NCBI GenBank assembly: GCA_036170655.1
Contig: JAVHPP010000003.1
Location: 2,741-64,408, forward strand
Length of the DNA: 61,668 bases
From: Candidatus Zixiibacteriota bacterium
GTDB taxonomy: Bacteria; Zixibacteria; MSB-5A5; WJJR01
Reading direction: 5' to 3'
Below are positions 46,297 through 55,629 of this stretch, in pieces. Under the pieces are notes generated by a model. The model saw only the letters and a program-made list of their open reading frames with translations, did no database searches and had not been told where the DNA came from. Within the stretch, counting starts at the first letter, position 1; every line of letters starts with the position of its first letter. The translations under genes were made by a program, and so were the position numbers.

Positions 46297-47490
46297 ATGC
46301 TCACCACCAAAGAGGCGCATTCCGTGAGATTGGCACAGCGCATGTCGGATCTGGGTACAGAGACCGCTTTCATGGTGCTGGAGAGAGCGCGTGAGTTGGA
46401 ACGGAAGGGGCGCACCGTCATCCATTTGGAGATCGGCGAACCCGACTTTGCCACCCCATCACACATCGTCGAGGCGGCGATCCAAGCCCTTAGAGACGGC
46501 GCCACCCACTACGGTCCTTCGGCTGGACTCCCGGAGGCGCGTGAGGCCGTCGCGAAGTATGTGTCCGATACCCGTGGCGTGACCGTCGGGCCGGATCGTG
46601 TTGTGATCACTCCCGGCGCCAAACCCATCATGTATTTTACCATCCTCGCGCTGGCTGACGAGGGAGATGAGGTGATCTACCCGAATCCCGGATTCCCCAT
46701 CTACGAATCCGTGATCCGCTTTGTCGGCGCTCGTCCCGTGCCGGTTCGTCTCCGGGAGGAGAACGGTTTTCAACTCGATATCGACGAACTCCTTGACCTC
46801 GTGACTGAGAGAACCAAGCTCATCATCATTAACTCTCCACAAAATCCGACTGGCTCCATTCTCACTCGTGCGCAACTCGAGGTATTGGGGCGTCTTGCCG
46901 TCGAGCGGGACATCTATATCCTTGCCGATGAGATTTACTCGCGCATCGTGTACGAGGGAGAGTTCGTCAGCATTCTCCACGCTGTCCCTGAAGCCCTCGA
47001 TCAGGTGATTTTGCTGGATGGAATGTCCAAGACCTTCGCCATGACGGGCTGGCGTCTGGGTTGGGGTGTCATGCCGCCAAAACTGGCTTCCGCCGTCGCC
47101 AAGCTCCAGACAAACAGCACCTCGTGCACAGCGACTTTTTCTCAAAAAGTGATCGGTCCCGCCCTGTTCGGGCCGCAGGAACCCGTGGAGAATATGCGCC
47201 GGGAGTTTCAGCGTCGCCGGGATGCAATCGTCGACGGTTTGAACCGGATCGAACCGCTGGTTTGCCGCAAGCCCCAAGGCGCCTTCTATGTTTTCCCCAA
47301 CATTTCCAAATTGGGTTTGAGTGCCCAAGCCATGGCAGACCGACTCCTTCAAGAAAGCGGGGTGGCGGCCTTGGCAGGGACTGCCTTCGGTAAATACGGT
47401 GAAGGGTACCTTCGCTTTTCCTACGCCAACTCGATCGAAAACATCAATATCGGGCTTGAACGCATTGCTGACTTCGTGTCTAAGTTGTGA
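46297..47490 (+). CDS. class I/II PLP-dependent aminotransferase (aspartate aminotransferase-like)
   Basis: LEIGEPDF, INSPQNPTG, MSKTFAMTGWRLG (PLP Lys) and YLRFSYA. Alternative starts lie at 46237 and 46288. Confidence 0.85.
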   Translation: MLTTKEAHSVRLAQRMSDLGTETAFMVLERARELERKGRTVIHLEIGEPDFATPSHIVEAAIQALRDGATHYGPSAGLPEAREAVAKYVSDTRGVTVGPDRVVITPGAKPIMYFTILALADEGDEVIYPNPGFPIYESVIRFVGARPVPVRLREENGFQLDIDELLDLVTERTKLIIINSPQNPTGSILTRAQLEVLGRLAVERDIYILADEIYSRIVYEGEFVSILHAVPEALDQVILLDGMSKTFAMTGWRLGWGVMPPKLASAVAKLQTNSTSCTATFSQKVIGPALFGPQEPVENMRREFQRRRDAIVDGLNRIEPLVCRKPQGAFYVFPNISKLGLSAQAMADRLLQESGVAALAGTAFGKYGEGYLRFSYANSIENINIGLERIADFVSKL

Positions 47491-47799
47491 TTTTTCAATA
47501 GGATACGAATCGCGCCGTAGGGATTTGAACAGCAGATTACCACGTCCTGTCTAGGCTTCGGAATCCCCCTTTTGCCCTCGTAATCTTTGTCAGCCCCGCA
47601 AGTCGAAGTTTCCGCCTCGTGTCGTCTTCCGAGGTCAGTTTTTCATTGACAGGTGCCTTGATTGTCCGAAATTGACCGTGGGGCAAGTGGCGGTCTGTTG
47701 GCGCGGCCGCCTGAGGGAACATGGGTTTGGGGCACATTCGTCCAGCTTCGATCATTCTCCGCCCTTGCTGAAAACGGTCTGCTGACCGAAGAGACTAAA

Positions 47800-47831
47800 G
47801 GGGATACGCACCTTCGCGGTGCGTGATCCCC
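47800..47831 (+). other. stable stem-loop within the long leader
   Basis: GGGGATACGCACC-TTCGC-GGTGCGTGATCCCC: 13 bp with one bulge and no U-tract after it. Confidence 0.5.
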
Positions 47832-48090
47832 GGAACAATCGCATGGAAGCGACCGCACCAATTCGGATTTTTCGCACAGTCGGCGCCAACCTGTCCTGCT
47901 TGGCTGGAGCCAGCGGGTTTGTTGGAAACACACTCGCGGTGTTTGCCAATTCCCGGTCAATGCACGACGGGCATCCAAAGGGGGATCTATGACCGATTGC
48001 TCTCGCACACGTCCCAATCGCGACGGGTGTATTCGTCCCAAGGTATTCGAACGAAGAAATTGTCGTTCACTTGATCTAAAGGAGGGACCC

Positions 48091-51000
48091 TTGCAACAGT
48101 ATTTCAACCGCTGGTGGATGGTGGCTGCTGGGCTGGCGCTCGTCGCGTCTATGGCCATAGCGGGAACCACCGGCAAAATCTCTGGCGTGATCACAGACCG
48201 GGAATCGGGACAACCGATACCCGGCGCGGCGATCATGATCGAAGGCACGACCATCGGGGCGCTCAGTGATGAACAAGGCCAGTTCGTCATGCTCAATATC
48301 CCGGTGGGAACCTACACATTGAAAGCGTCCATCGTCGGCTACACGCCCGCTGTGGTTCAGAATGTGGGTGTCTCCGTCGACCTGACGACCTACCAGAACT
48401 TCGAGATCACGTCCCGCACCGTGGAAATGGGCGGTATCACGGTCATGGCGGAACGACCCTTGGTCATCAAGGACCAGACCTCGTCGCTGCGTATCGTGAG
48501 TGAGCAGGATGTGCAGAACATGCCGACGCGCGGGTATCAGGACATTGTCGGCCTGCAGGCGGGTGCGGTTCGTTATTCTGACAATCCCTCGGTCCGAGTC
48601 CGCGGTGCCCGCGAAAACAGCACGACTGGCGGGATTAACCTCCGGGGTGGACGGCAGTCGGAGATTGCCTACTACGTCGATGGCTTCTCGCAACAGGATC
48701 CTCTCAGCGGGCTTTCGACGACGCAAATCAACAATAACTCGATCAAGGAAGTCTCCGTTGTGACCGGTGGATTCAACGCCGAATACGGCCTGATTATGTC
48801 CGGCGCCGTCAATGTCACGACCAAGGAAGGTACTTCCAAGTTGCACGGAACGGCGGAGACCGTCACGGATAACTTCCACGCCAAGAATTACGACTATAAC
48901 ATTTACAGCCTGGCCCTCAATGGTCCCGTGATTCCGCACTCAGACAAGCTGACCTTTTATGCGGCCGGTGAACGCCGCTGGGCCGGTGATCGGGATCCGC
49001 GTCCCAACGAGCTCGGTCTGACCCCTGGTATCACGAGAGACTCAATCAACCCCCTTTCGTGGTACAACGACCAATTCACCTCCGGAACCGGAAAGCTCCC
49101 GCACAACAGTTCGGGTCTGTGGAACTGGCAAGGAAAGCTCAATTGGCGGCCCTCGGGGAACATCTCGGCGAAACTGGGCTCGATCGGGTCGGAAGAGAAT
49201 TGGAGTGAGTACAGGCGCGACTACCAGTTTGACCTCGCGCACGCTCCCCGGTATCGGGACAAGAATTACTCGTTCTGGGGCAATGTGACCCACACTCTGA
49301 GTCCCAAGACATTCTATACCGTTGCCGGCAGTTGGTTCAGCACAGAGCGCATGCGCGGCGATGGTGTCTATTTCGACAATCTTTGGGCCTATGGCCGTCC
49401 CAAGGGGAACCCCCGCTTCGACGCGTCAACGCTTTTCTGGTCGTGGGACAACAACAAGCTGGATCCTGACAGCCTCGACAAGGGTGTCTATTTCCCGCTC
49501 AAAACTCCGACCTATACCAAGACGGTGACGGTTCCTCTACCAGATGGCACGACACGAGACGTTGCCTTCATCTATGACACGACCATCGTCAGCTATGACA
49601 CGACCGGCGAAGTGGTTGATACGATAACCACGGTCTATGCAGATGAATCGTCCAATTGGGACGACTATCTGTTCCGTCAGTCGTCCTACGTGGGCGGCGA
49701 TTTCGATCTGGTCAGCCAAGTCAACGCGCATCACGAAATCAAGATCGGGGCGGACTTCCAGCGGCATACGCTCCGCTATTATCGGCATTTGTTTCCCAAG
49801 GATGTCTATCTCGGAGCCAACGGCGGATTCAAGGATGCGGATTTCTACGGGTTCGATGCGACCAGAGGAACAGAGGTCAACAGCGGTCTCAACGGAGCCA
49901 AACACCCCTTGAACGTCGCCGGATATATTCAGGACAAGTTCGACTGGCAGGGGCTGATCGTCAACGCGGGCGTACGTCTCGACTATTTTGATTACAAAAC
50001 CCAGCAGTTGCGCGATCCCGCAAATCCTCTCGATCCGTTCCACTTCCTGAGCCTGATCAAGACCGATACGACGTTGTCGCCGGCTGTACGCGACAGCCTG
50101 GCCACGGAGGCGGGCAGGCTCACCGAAGAAGATTTGACCGCGTCCAAGTCGGTGTCGCGTCTGTCACCCCGGTTGGGTGTCGGGTTCCCCGTCGCCGAGG
50201 GGTCTGTCCTGCATTTCACGTACGGGAAGTTCTTCCAGCGTCCCGATCTTGCGAACCTCTATGTGAACTACGGCTACTTGGAATACAAGATCAAAACCGG
50301 CGGATACTTCTATCCCTTTGGCAACCCCAATCTCAAACCAGAGGAGACGACGGCCTACGAAGTTGGTTGGCGCAGGCAGTTGAGCGACTACACGGCGCTC
50401 GACGCCACCGCCTTCTACAAGGACATTAAAAATCTAACGGAGATCGTGACGCAGCCGGCCGCTCCCAACAGTTTTTCGACCTATCGGAACCGCGACTATG
50501 GCACGGTGAAGGGGTTGGAGCTTCAACTCGATATGCGTCGCAATCGCGGCATCTCCGCGCAGATCAACTACACGCTCCAGTATGCCGATGGGACTGGTTC
50601 GTTTGCCAATTCCCAGAGCAACATCGCTTGGACCGTGGCTCAGCCTCCCAAACAGACCAGCTACCTGGAATTCGACCAGCGTCACAAACTGACCGGAATT
50701 CTGGACATCCGTGCGGGGGCTAAGGAAGGGCCGAATCTGGGCGGTTTCTTTCCCCTCGAGCGTTCAGGTGTGAATTTCGTGTTCTCCGCGGGCAGCGGTT
50801 TCCCCTACTCGCCGTCGAACATGTACAATGAAGTTTCTCTGGCGGCCATCGCCCCCACTCCCGCGGGATCGGTCAACTCCCGCAGGGGACCATGGGTTCA
50901 TCGCTTGGACCTTAAGGCCAACAAGGAGATTTCACTCGGCGGAGCGACACTTGATCTTTATCTCTGGGTGATCAATGCCTTCGATCGGAAGAATCCGATC

Positions 51001-51201
51001 CATGTTTACGAAGTCTCCGGACTCCCTGACGAGACGGGCTGGCTTTCGACGCCGAGCGGTCAGGAATACGCGAATGGATTGAGCGACCCGCATGACACGT
51101 CATTGTTGACGGGCGAACAGAAGTACCTTTTCCGCCAGAGCGATCCGGCCAACTTTGATACACCGCGGCAGATCCGCTTCGGTGTCCGCTATGCGTTCTG
51201 A
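48091..51201 (+). CDS. TonB-dependent-receptor-like outer-membrane barrel with N-terminal CarboxypepD_reg domain
   Basis: A TTG start 4 nt after GGAGGG gives the signal peptide LQQYFNRWWMVAAGLALVASMAIA. Then GKISGVITD..GAAIMIEGT..G.F.L.IPVGTYTL, a plug (IVSEQDVQNMPTRGYQDIVGLQAG) and a terminal ...IRFGVRYAF. The ORF-track ATG at 47989 seems too far upstream. Confidence 0.85.
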   Translation: MQQYFNRWWMVAAGLALVASMAIAGTTGKISGVITDRESGQPIPGAAIMIEGTTIGALSDEQGQFVMLNIPVGTYTLKASIVGYTPAVVQNVGVSVDLTTYQNFEITSRTVEMGGITVMAERPLVIKDQTSSLRIVSEQDVQNMPTRGYQDIVGLQAGAVRYSDNPSVRVRGARENSTTGGINLRGGRQSEIAYYVDGFSQQDPLSGLSTTQINNNSIKEVSVVTGGFNAEYGLIMSGAVNVTTKEGTSKLHGTAETVTDNFHAKNYDYNIYSLALNGPVIPHSDKLTFYAAGERRWAGDRDPRPNELGLTPGITRDSINPLSWYNDQFTSGTGKLPHNSSGLWNWQGKLNWRPSGNISAKLGSIGSEENWSEYRRDYQFDLAHAPRYRDKNYSFWGNVTHTLSPKTFYTVAGSWFSTERMRGDGVYFDNLWAYGRPKGNPRFDASTLFWSWDNNKLDPDSLDKGVYFPLKTPTYTKTVTVPLPDGTTRDVAFIYDTTIVSYDTTGEVVDTITTVYADESSNWDDYLFRQSSYVGGDFDLVSQVNAHHEIKIGADFQRHTLRYYRHLFPKDVYLGANGGFKDADFYGFDATRGTEVNSGLNGAKHPLNVAGYIQDKFDWQGLIVNAGVRLDYFDYKTQQLRDPANPLDPFHFLSLIKTDTTLSPAVRDSLATEAGRLTEEDLTASKSVSRLSPRLGVGFPVAEGSVLHFTYGKFFQRPDLANLYVNYGYLEYKIKTGGYFYPFGNPNLKPEETTAYEVGWRRQLSDYTALDATAFYKDIKNLTEIVTQPAAPNSFSTYRNRDYGTVKGLELQLDMRRNRGISAQINYTLQYADGTGSFANSQSNIAWTVAQPPKQTSYLEFDQRHKLTGILDIRAGAKEGPNLGGFFPLERSGVNFVFSAGSGFPYSPSNMYNEVSLAAIAPTPAGSVNSRRGPWVHRLDLKANKEISLGGATLDLYLWVINAFDRKNPIHVYEVSGLPDETGWLSTPSGQEYANGLSDPHDTSLLTGEQKYLFRQSDPANFDTPRQIRFGVRYAF

Positions 51202-51262
51202 GGCTGATCGTAGTGCGATGGGATAAGCGCATGGTCCGAGGGACCGTGCAAGGAGGACATGG

Positions 51263-54200
51263 ATGAAACGGTGGAAATGGACAACGGTGGTCATTGGTCT
51301 GGTGCTGGCTGCATCCAGTGCCCGGGCCACCGGACCAAACCGCATGGCGTGGCAGGCGGGAACGGAGATTATCGACAATACCACGTATTTCGATGCCAAT
51401 TCCCTGTTGATGTTTGTCACCAACACGGGATCATTCGCTTATGACAAGACAGCTCACTTTGGCAAGAACGATGGCGGGTATTTTCCCAAGGGGACCAACA
51501 AGAGCTTCATCTATGCCGGGGGCATTTGGACGGGGGCGAAGGTCGATGGCGAAATCCGCATTGCCGTCGCTGAGTACTCGAACGAATATGTTCCCGGTCC
51601 AATGAAGAACGGGTCTTCCCAGCCGGATATTGGCAGCTATCGGGTCTACAAGATCAAGAAGGGCGACACGCGGGAGAGCAATCTCGATTATCGTGACTGG
51701 CCGTTCGACGATGGCGCCCCGGCGCTCAAGAACCAGGGCGGCCAGGACTCGCTGGATGCCGAAGGCAACCGCATTCCGTTGCTCCAGGGCGAGCAGGCAT
51801 TGTGGGCCGTCTACAACGACGGCGATCGCGGGGCCCACTCGAACAACTCCGGCTCCACCGCTCCACTGGGTGTCGAGATTCAGATGTATGCTTTTGGCTA
51901 TGCCCGTGCTGGCGCTTTGGGACAGACGATGTTCATGCGTTTCACGATTATCAACAAGGGTGGCAACACTCTCGACAGCACATTCATCTCATTGTGGTCT
52001 GATCCCGACCTTGGCGATGCCGGTGACGATCTGGTGGGCTGCGACACACTGTTGTCACTCGGCTACATCTACAATTCGAAGTCGGATAACATCTATGGTG
52101 ATGCTCCTCCTGCCGGCGGGTACGATTTTTTCCAGGGGCCGATTGTGCCTGCGCCGGGTGATTCAGCGTGGATATCGAGCAGAGGCGCCTACATCAAGGG
52201 GTACAAGAACCTGCCCATGACGTCGTTCAACAAGTACATCAACGGCACCGACCCCGCCAACAGTGTGCAGACATTCAACTACATGCGGGGATTGTCGAAT
52301 ACTGGGGAACCTCAGACGGACCCCGATGGGGTGGTCACCAAGTTTGTGGTCGCTGGTGATCCCGTGGCCGGGACGGGCTGGCTCGATGACAAGCCGGCGG
52401 ACCGGCGCTTCATGATGACGACTGGTCCCTTCACCATGGCTCCGAATGACACTCAAGAAGTGGTGGCCGCCATCGTCGTTGGCCAAGGAGTTGACCGTCT
52501 GTCCTCGATCACGGAACTCAAACGCATCGACCGGATCGCCCAGTCAACCTTTGACATGAACTTCAAGATCCCCGGCCCGCCGCCCCAACCCACTCTGTGG
52601 GCGATCCCGCACGATGGGGCAGTCCAGTTGTTGTGGGGACCCGAAGCCGATGGCAATGTCCAGTACGGCTACGGCCCGATCGACACTCTGACCGGAGAGC
52701 ATCCGCTGATTCAGACGTTTCTGATGGAGGGCTTCAATATCTACCAGGGGATGTCTAGCTCAGGCCCCTGGACCAACATCGGCACGTTCGATGTGAATGA
52801 TGGTGTCCAGCGGATATACAACGACGTGGATAACCCCGAGGGTAAGGAGCGGATCGTCGTTCAGCACGGGAGCGACAACGGCCTGACGCATGAGTTGTGG
52901 GTCACCAATGACCGCATCCGCGGTGGGGCCATGATCAACGACAGGCCGTACTACTTCACCGTGACGTCGTACAACTACGACGATCAGAACAAATCAGACT
53001 TCTCGATTGGTCCCAACTCGTTCGGCATCATCGCCGAATCCTTCGAGAACCTGGCCGGCACTCAGGTGGCCACGGTGAACCCGCGCTCCGAGACGGGTGT
53101 CTTGGCTGATACGCTGGCGGCCTCCGACAAGACTATACACATTGCCGGCAATGCGGACGGTTCGGTGCTGGTGGATTTTGTCGATCAAAATGCGATTACA
53201 GGGGATACGTACTTGGTCGCATTCGATCCTGATATTCACTGGACACTGCGTGACCTCACCAAGGGTGTCAATCTGCTGACCAATCAGGTCGCCAGTATCA
53301 GCTCCAAATCAGCCGACGGGATGGTTCTCCGGATTCTCAACCCGCCCCCCGGTATGAAGGACTATGACATCCCCTCGGGCACGCGGCGGTTCACTTCTGC
53401 GGGCGGCGCAGGTGACTTCGGGTTCGAGGGCTTTAGCGGGGCGATTGGCTGGGACTGCCCGACGCATTTCTTTGGCACATCGGAAGATCAGTGCGTGCCT
53501 GTCGCGCAGGTCGGGACTGTTTTGCTGAAACTGGCCACGGTCGACACACAGGGGCATTTTGATCCCAATGATCCGAACGTCTCTTACGGCTATCGTTATC
53601 TCCGGGGCGCCCAAAACGCGCCGGCCAAGCCCGAATTTGCACCGTTCATCAAGAATCCGAGCGGTTCGTATGCGTTCCAAGACTTTGCAAAGAGTGTTCC
53701 GCTATCAGCTTGGGACATGGAGTCTAATCCGCCGCGCCGTCTCGCCGTCGGATATCTGGAGAACAACGCGACCGGCGGGCTTGTCGATGGCGAGTATTGG
53801 CCGCCCGACTACAACGTGGGAAACAACACAGCCGGGAGCGGCCCGCGCGAATGGTTATGGATCTTGCGGGACGATTACACAGAAACACCGAAGTCGGAAT
53901 ATCAAGGGGTGGCTCTTAGTGATCCGATGCCTGTGATGTGGTTCATTACTGCTGCGAGGCGGGGTGATGTTCCGTTTTCTCCCGACTCCAGTGGACAAGA
54001 CCAGTTCGAAATTCTTGCAAACCATGTCATCACGCCGGCTGACACATTCCAGTTTGTCACCCACAAGCCAGGCACGGTCGAAGGCACGGTCATCGCGAAT
54101 ACCGTCGAGAAGGTCCATCCCGTGCCCAATCCGTACTACAACGTGTCGGACTTGGAGCTCGACCAATTCCGCCGGCTCATCAAGTTCGTCAATATGCCTG

Positions 54201-54424
54201 CTGCCAAGACGACCGTGCGCATCTTTAATCTTGCGGGCGACTTGGTCCGTACCCTGGTGAAAGCTGATCCCGCCACGTCGGAACTGACATGGGACGTGCT
54301 GACGGAGAATGGCATACCGGTGGCGTCAGGATTGTACATCTATCACGTCGAGGCGGAAGGTCTTGGCACCAAAGTGGGCAAACTGGCTGTGTTCACCGAG
54401 GTGGAGCAGCTCAATACCTATTGA
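51263..54424 (+). CDS. large secreted protein of unknown function with a T9SS-type (FlgD-Ig-like / Por_Secre_tail) C-terminal sorting domain
   Basis: AGGAGG Shine-Dalgarno motif and signal peptide MKRWKWTTVVIGLVLAASSARA. The last ~100 aa, VHPVPNPYYN...VRIFNLAGDLVRTL...WDVLTENGIPVASGLYIYHVEA...KLAVF, match the T9SS CTD pattern. Confidence 0.75.
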   Translation: MKRWKWTTVVIGLVLAASSARATGPNRMAWQAGTEIIDNTTYFDANSLLMFVTNTGSFAYDKTAHFGKNDGGYFPKGTNKSFIYAGGIWTGAKVDGEIRIAVAEYSNEYVPGPMKNGSSQPDIGSYRVYKIKKGDTRESNLDYRDWPFDDGAPALKNQGGQDSLDAEGNRIPLLQGEQALWAVYNDGDRGAHSNNSGSTAPLGVEIQMYAFGYARAGALGQTMFMRFTIINKGGNTLDSTFISLWSDPDLGDAGDDLVGCDTLLSLGYIYNSKSDNIYGDAPPAGGYDFFQGPIVPAPGDSAWISSRGAYIKGYKNLPMTSFNKYINGTDPANSVQTFNYMRGLSNTGEPQTDPDGVVTKFVVAGDPVAGTGWLDDKPADRRFMMTTGPFTMAPNDTQEVVAAIVVGQGVDRLSSITELKRIDRIAQSTFDMNFKIPGPPPQPTLWAIPHDGAVQLLWGPEADGNVQYGYGPIDTLTGEHPLIQTFLMEGFNIYQGMSSSGPWTNIGTFDVNDGVQRIYNDVDNPEGKERIVVQHGSDNGLTHELWVTNDRIRGGAMINDRPYYFTVTSYNYDDQNKSDFSIGPNSFGIIAESFENLAGTQVATVNPRSETGVLADTLAASDKTIHIAGNADGSVLVDFVDQNAITGDTYLVAFDPDIHWTLRDLTKGVNLLTNQVASISSKSADGMVLRILNPPPGMKDYDIPSGTRRFTSAGGAGDFGFEGFSGAIGWDCPTHFFGTSEDQCVPVAQVGTVLLKLATVDTQGHFDPNDPNVSYGYRYLRGAQNAPAKPEFAPFIKNPSGSYAFQDFAKSVPLSAWDMESNPPRRLAVGYLENNATGGLVDGEYWPPDYNVGNNTAGSGPREWLWILRDDYTETPKSEYQGVALSDPMPVMWFITAARRGDVPFSPDSSGQDQFEILANHVITPADTFQFVTHKPGTVEGTVIANTVEKVHPVPNPYYNVSDLELDQFRRLIKFVNMPAAKTTVRIFNLAGDLVRTLVKADPATSELTWDVLTENGIPVASGLYIYHVEAEGLGTKVGKLAVFTEVEQLNTY

Positions 54425-54472
54425 CCGTACGTGGCCCCGCCTTGGGTTGGGTCACTCTCATGGAGGCAGACA

Positions 54473-55486
54473 ATGCGTTGGAAATCAATCATGGTCGCTC
54501 TGGCGGTCGGGGGGATTTGGACCTCCACGGCCAGCGCGGGCGGTGATCTCAAAATCGGATCCTCTGGCGCCCAGTATCTGCGCATCCCGGTCGGGTCGCG
54601 TGGCTCGGCGATGGGAGGATCGGCTGTTGCCTTTGCCGAGGGCGTAGATGCGTTCTTCTGGAATCCTGCGGGAGCATCAGTGATGGAAGGCACCGATCTG
54701 ATGCTTTCACGCCATCAGTACATCGCCGACATCAACGTCGATTACATCGCGGCCGCCCGCCACGTCGGCGATGCCGGTGTGCTGGGGATTACAGCGAAGA
54801 TCCTCTCGATGGGCGAAGAACCGGTCACGACGACCAGTTTTCCCGATGGAACGGGCGAGACATTCTCGTCTTCGTTCTCCGTCATCGGCTTGTCGTATGC
54901 GCGCACACTCACCGACCGCGTGTCGATCGGTGTCAACACCAACATCCTGTACGAGAAAATCGCCCAGCAGACGGCGACCGGCGTGGCTGTCGATGTGGGC
55001 TTCCGCTACACACCCGGCTGGCACAACCTGACTTTTGGCGGGGTGATCAAGAACCTTGGCCCCAAGATGCGCTATGACGGCCCTGGTTTCGATCTGAACA
55101 CGCCGACCGGCACGGATCCGAACAGTCTCCCGCATGGCACCCGGTCCCGTTCGGCATCGTTTGAAATCCCCTCGTATGTGCAACTGGGCGGCGCCTACAG
55201 GATCATGGATGTTCAGAAATCCATGGTGAACGTCACCGGGACATTCCAGTCGAACAACTTCTCCGACGATGAGTGGCGTGGCGGCGTTGAATACGCATTC
55301 GATCAGAAGTTCTTTCTCCGTGGCGGGTACAACTACTCCAACCAGAAAGAGTATCTGTTTGGACCGTCCGCGGGCGCCGGATTCGTGTTCAATCTGGGAG
55401 ATACCAAAGTGAAGTTCGATTACGCGTGGTCGCAGAGTGATCTCTTCGACAACGACCAGTATTTCACGTTGCAACTGGGCTTCTAA
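54473..55486 (+). CDS. porV: PorV/PorQ-family outer-membrane beta-barrel (T9SS cargo shuttle)
   Basis: GGAGG Shine-Dalgarno motif and a signal peptide, then SSGAQYLRIPVGSRGSAMGGSAVAFAEGVDAFFWNPAG, the hallmark PorV N-terminal motif. Beta-strand-rich, with a terminal aromatic residue (LQLGF). Confidence 0.8.
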   Translation: MRWKSIMVALAVGGIWTSTASAGGDLKIGSSGAQYLRIPVGSRGSAMGGSAVAFAEGVDAFFWNPAGASVMEGTDLMLSRHQYIADINVDYIAAARHVGDAGVLGITAKILSMGEEPVTTTSFPDGTGETFSSSFSVIGLSYARTLTDRVSIGVNTNILYEKIAQQTATGVAVDVGFRYTPGWHNLTFGGVIKNLGPKMRYDGPGFDLNTPTGTDPNSLPHGTRSRSASFEIPSYVQLGGAYRIMDVQKSMVNVTGTFQSNNFSDDEWRGGVEYAFDQKFFLRGGYNYSNQKEYLFGPSAGAGFVFNLGDTKVKFDYAWSQSDLFDNDQYFTLQLGF

Positions 55487-55501
55487 TGAACGTCTTAGTC
55501 C

Positions 55502-55532
55502 CCGGCCCCCCGCCACGGGGGGCCGGTTTTTT
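55502..55532 (+). terminator. intrinsic terminator after porV
   Basis: CCGGCCCCCC-GCCAC-GGGGGGCCGG, a perfect 10-bp stem, followed by TTTTTT. Confidence 0.9.
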
Positions 55533-55629
55533 GTTGTCCTTCATTGCGCGACACGCGGGAATTCGTGAGATTCGGGCCATGCCGAGACGATGTCTCAATC
55601 CCCATTTCGTGCACCGCGCCGCGTTCGCC

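Noticed and set aside
44492-47352. Long minus-strand ORFs (333 aa, 178 aa, 297 aa) opposite the transketolase and aminotransferase genes
   Set aside because: They are antisense to genes with unambiguous motifs and have no motifs of their own.
47491-48090. Cobalamin, TPP or c-di-GMP riboswitch upstream of the TonB-dependent receptor
   Set aside because: I could not find the B12 box (AGYCMGGNGACCKGCC / GCCACUG), the TPP CUGAGA...ACCUGAUCUGGAUAAUGCCAGCG core or GEMM signatures. The region is kept only as an unclassified leader.
47989-48090. The ORF-track ATG at 47989 as the start of the receptor gene
   Set aside because: It would add 34 non-hydrophobic residues before the signal peptide. A TTG at 48091, preceded by GGAGGG at optimal spacing, gives a canonical signal peptide.
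55486-55629. The ORF-track ATG at 55486 as the amidase start
   Set aside because: That reading frame runs straight through the strong porV terminator hairpin and U-tract (55502-55532). A start downstream with a proper signal peptide is more plausible.
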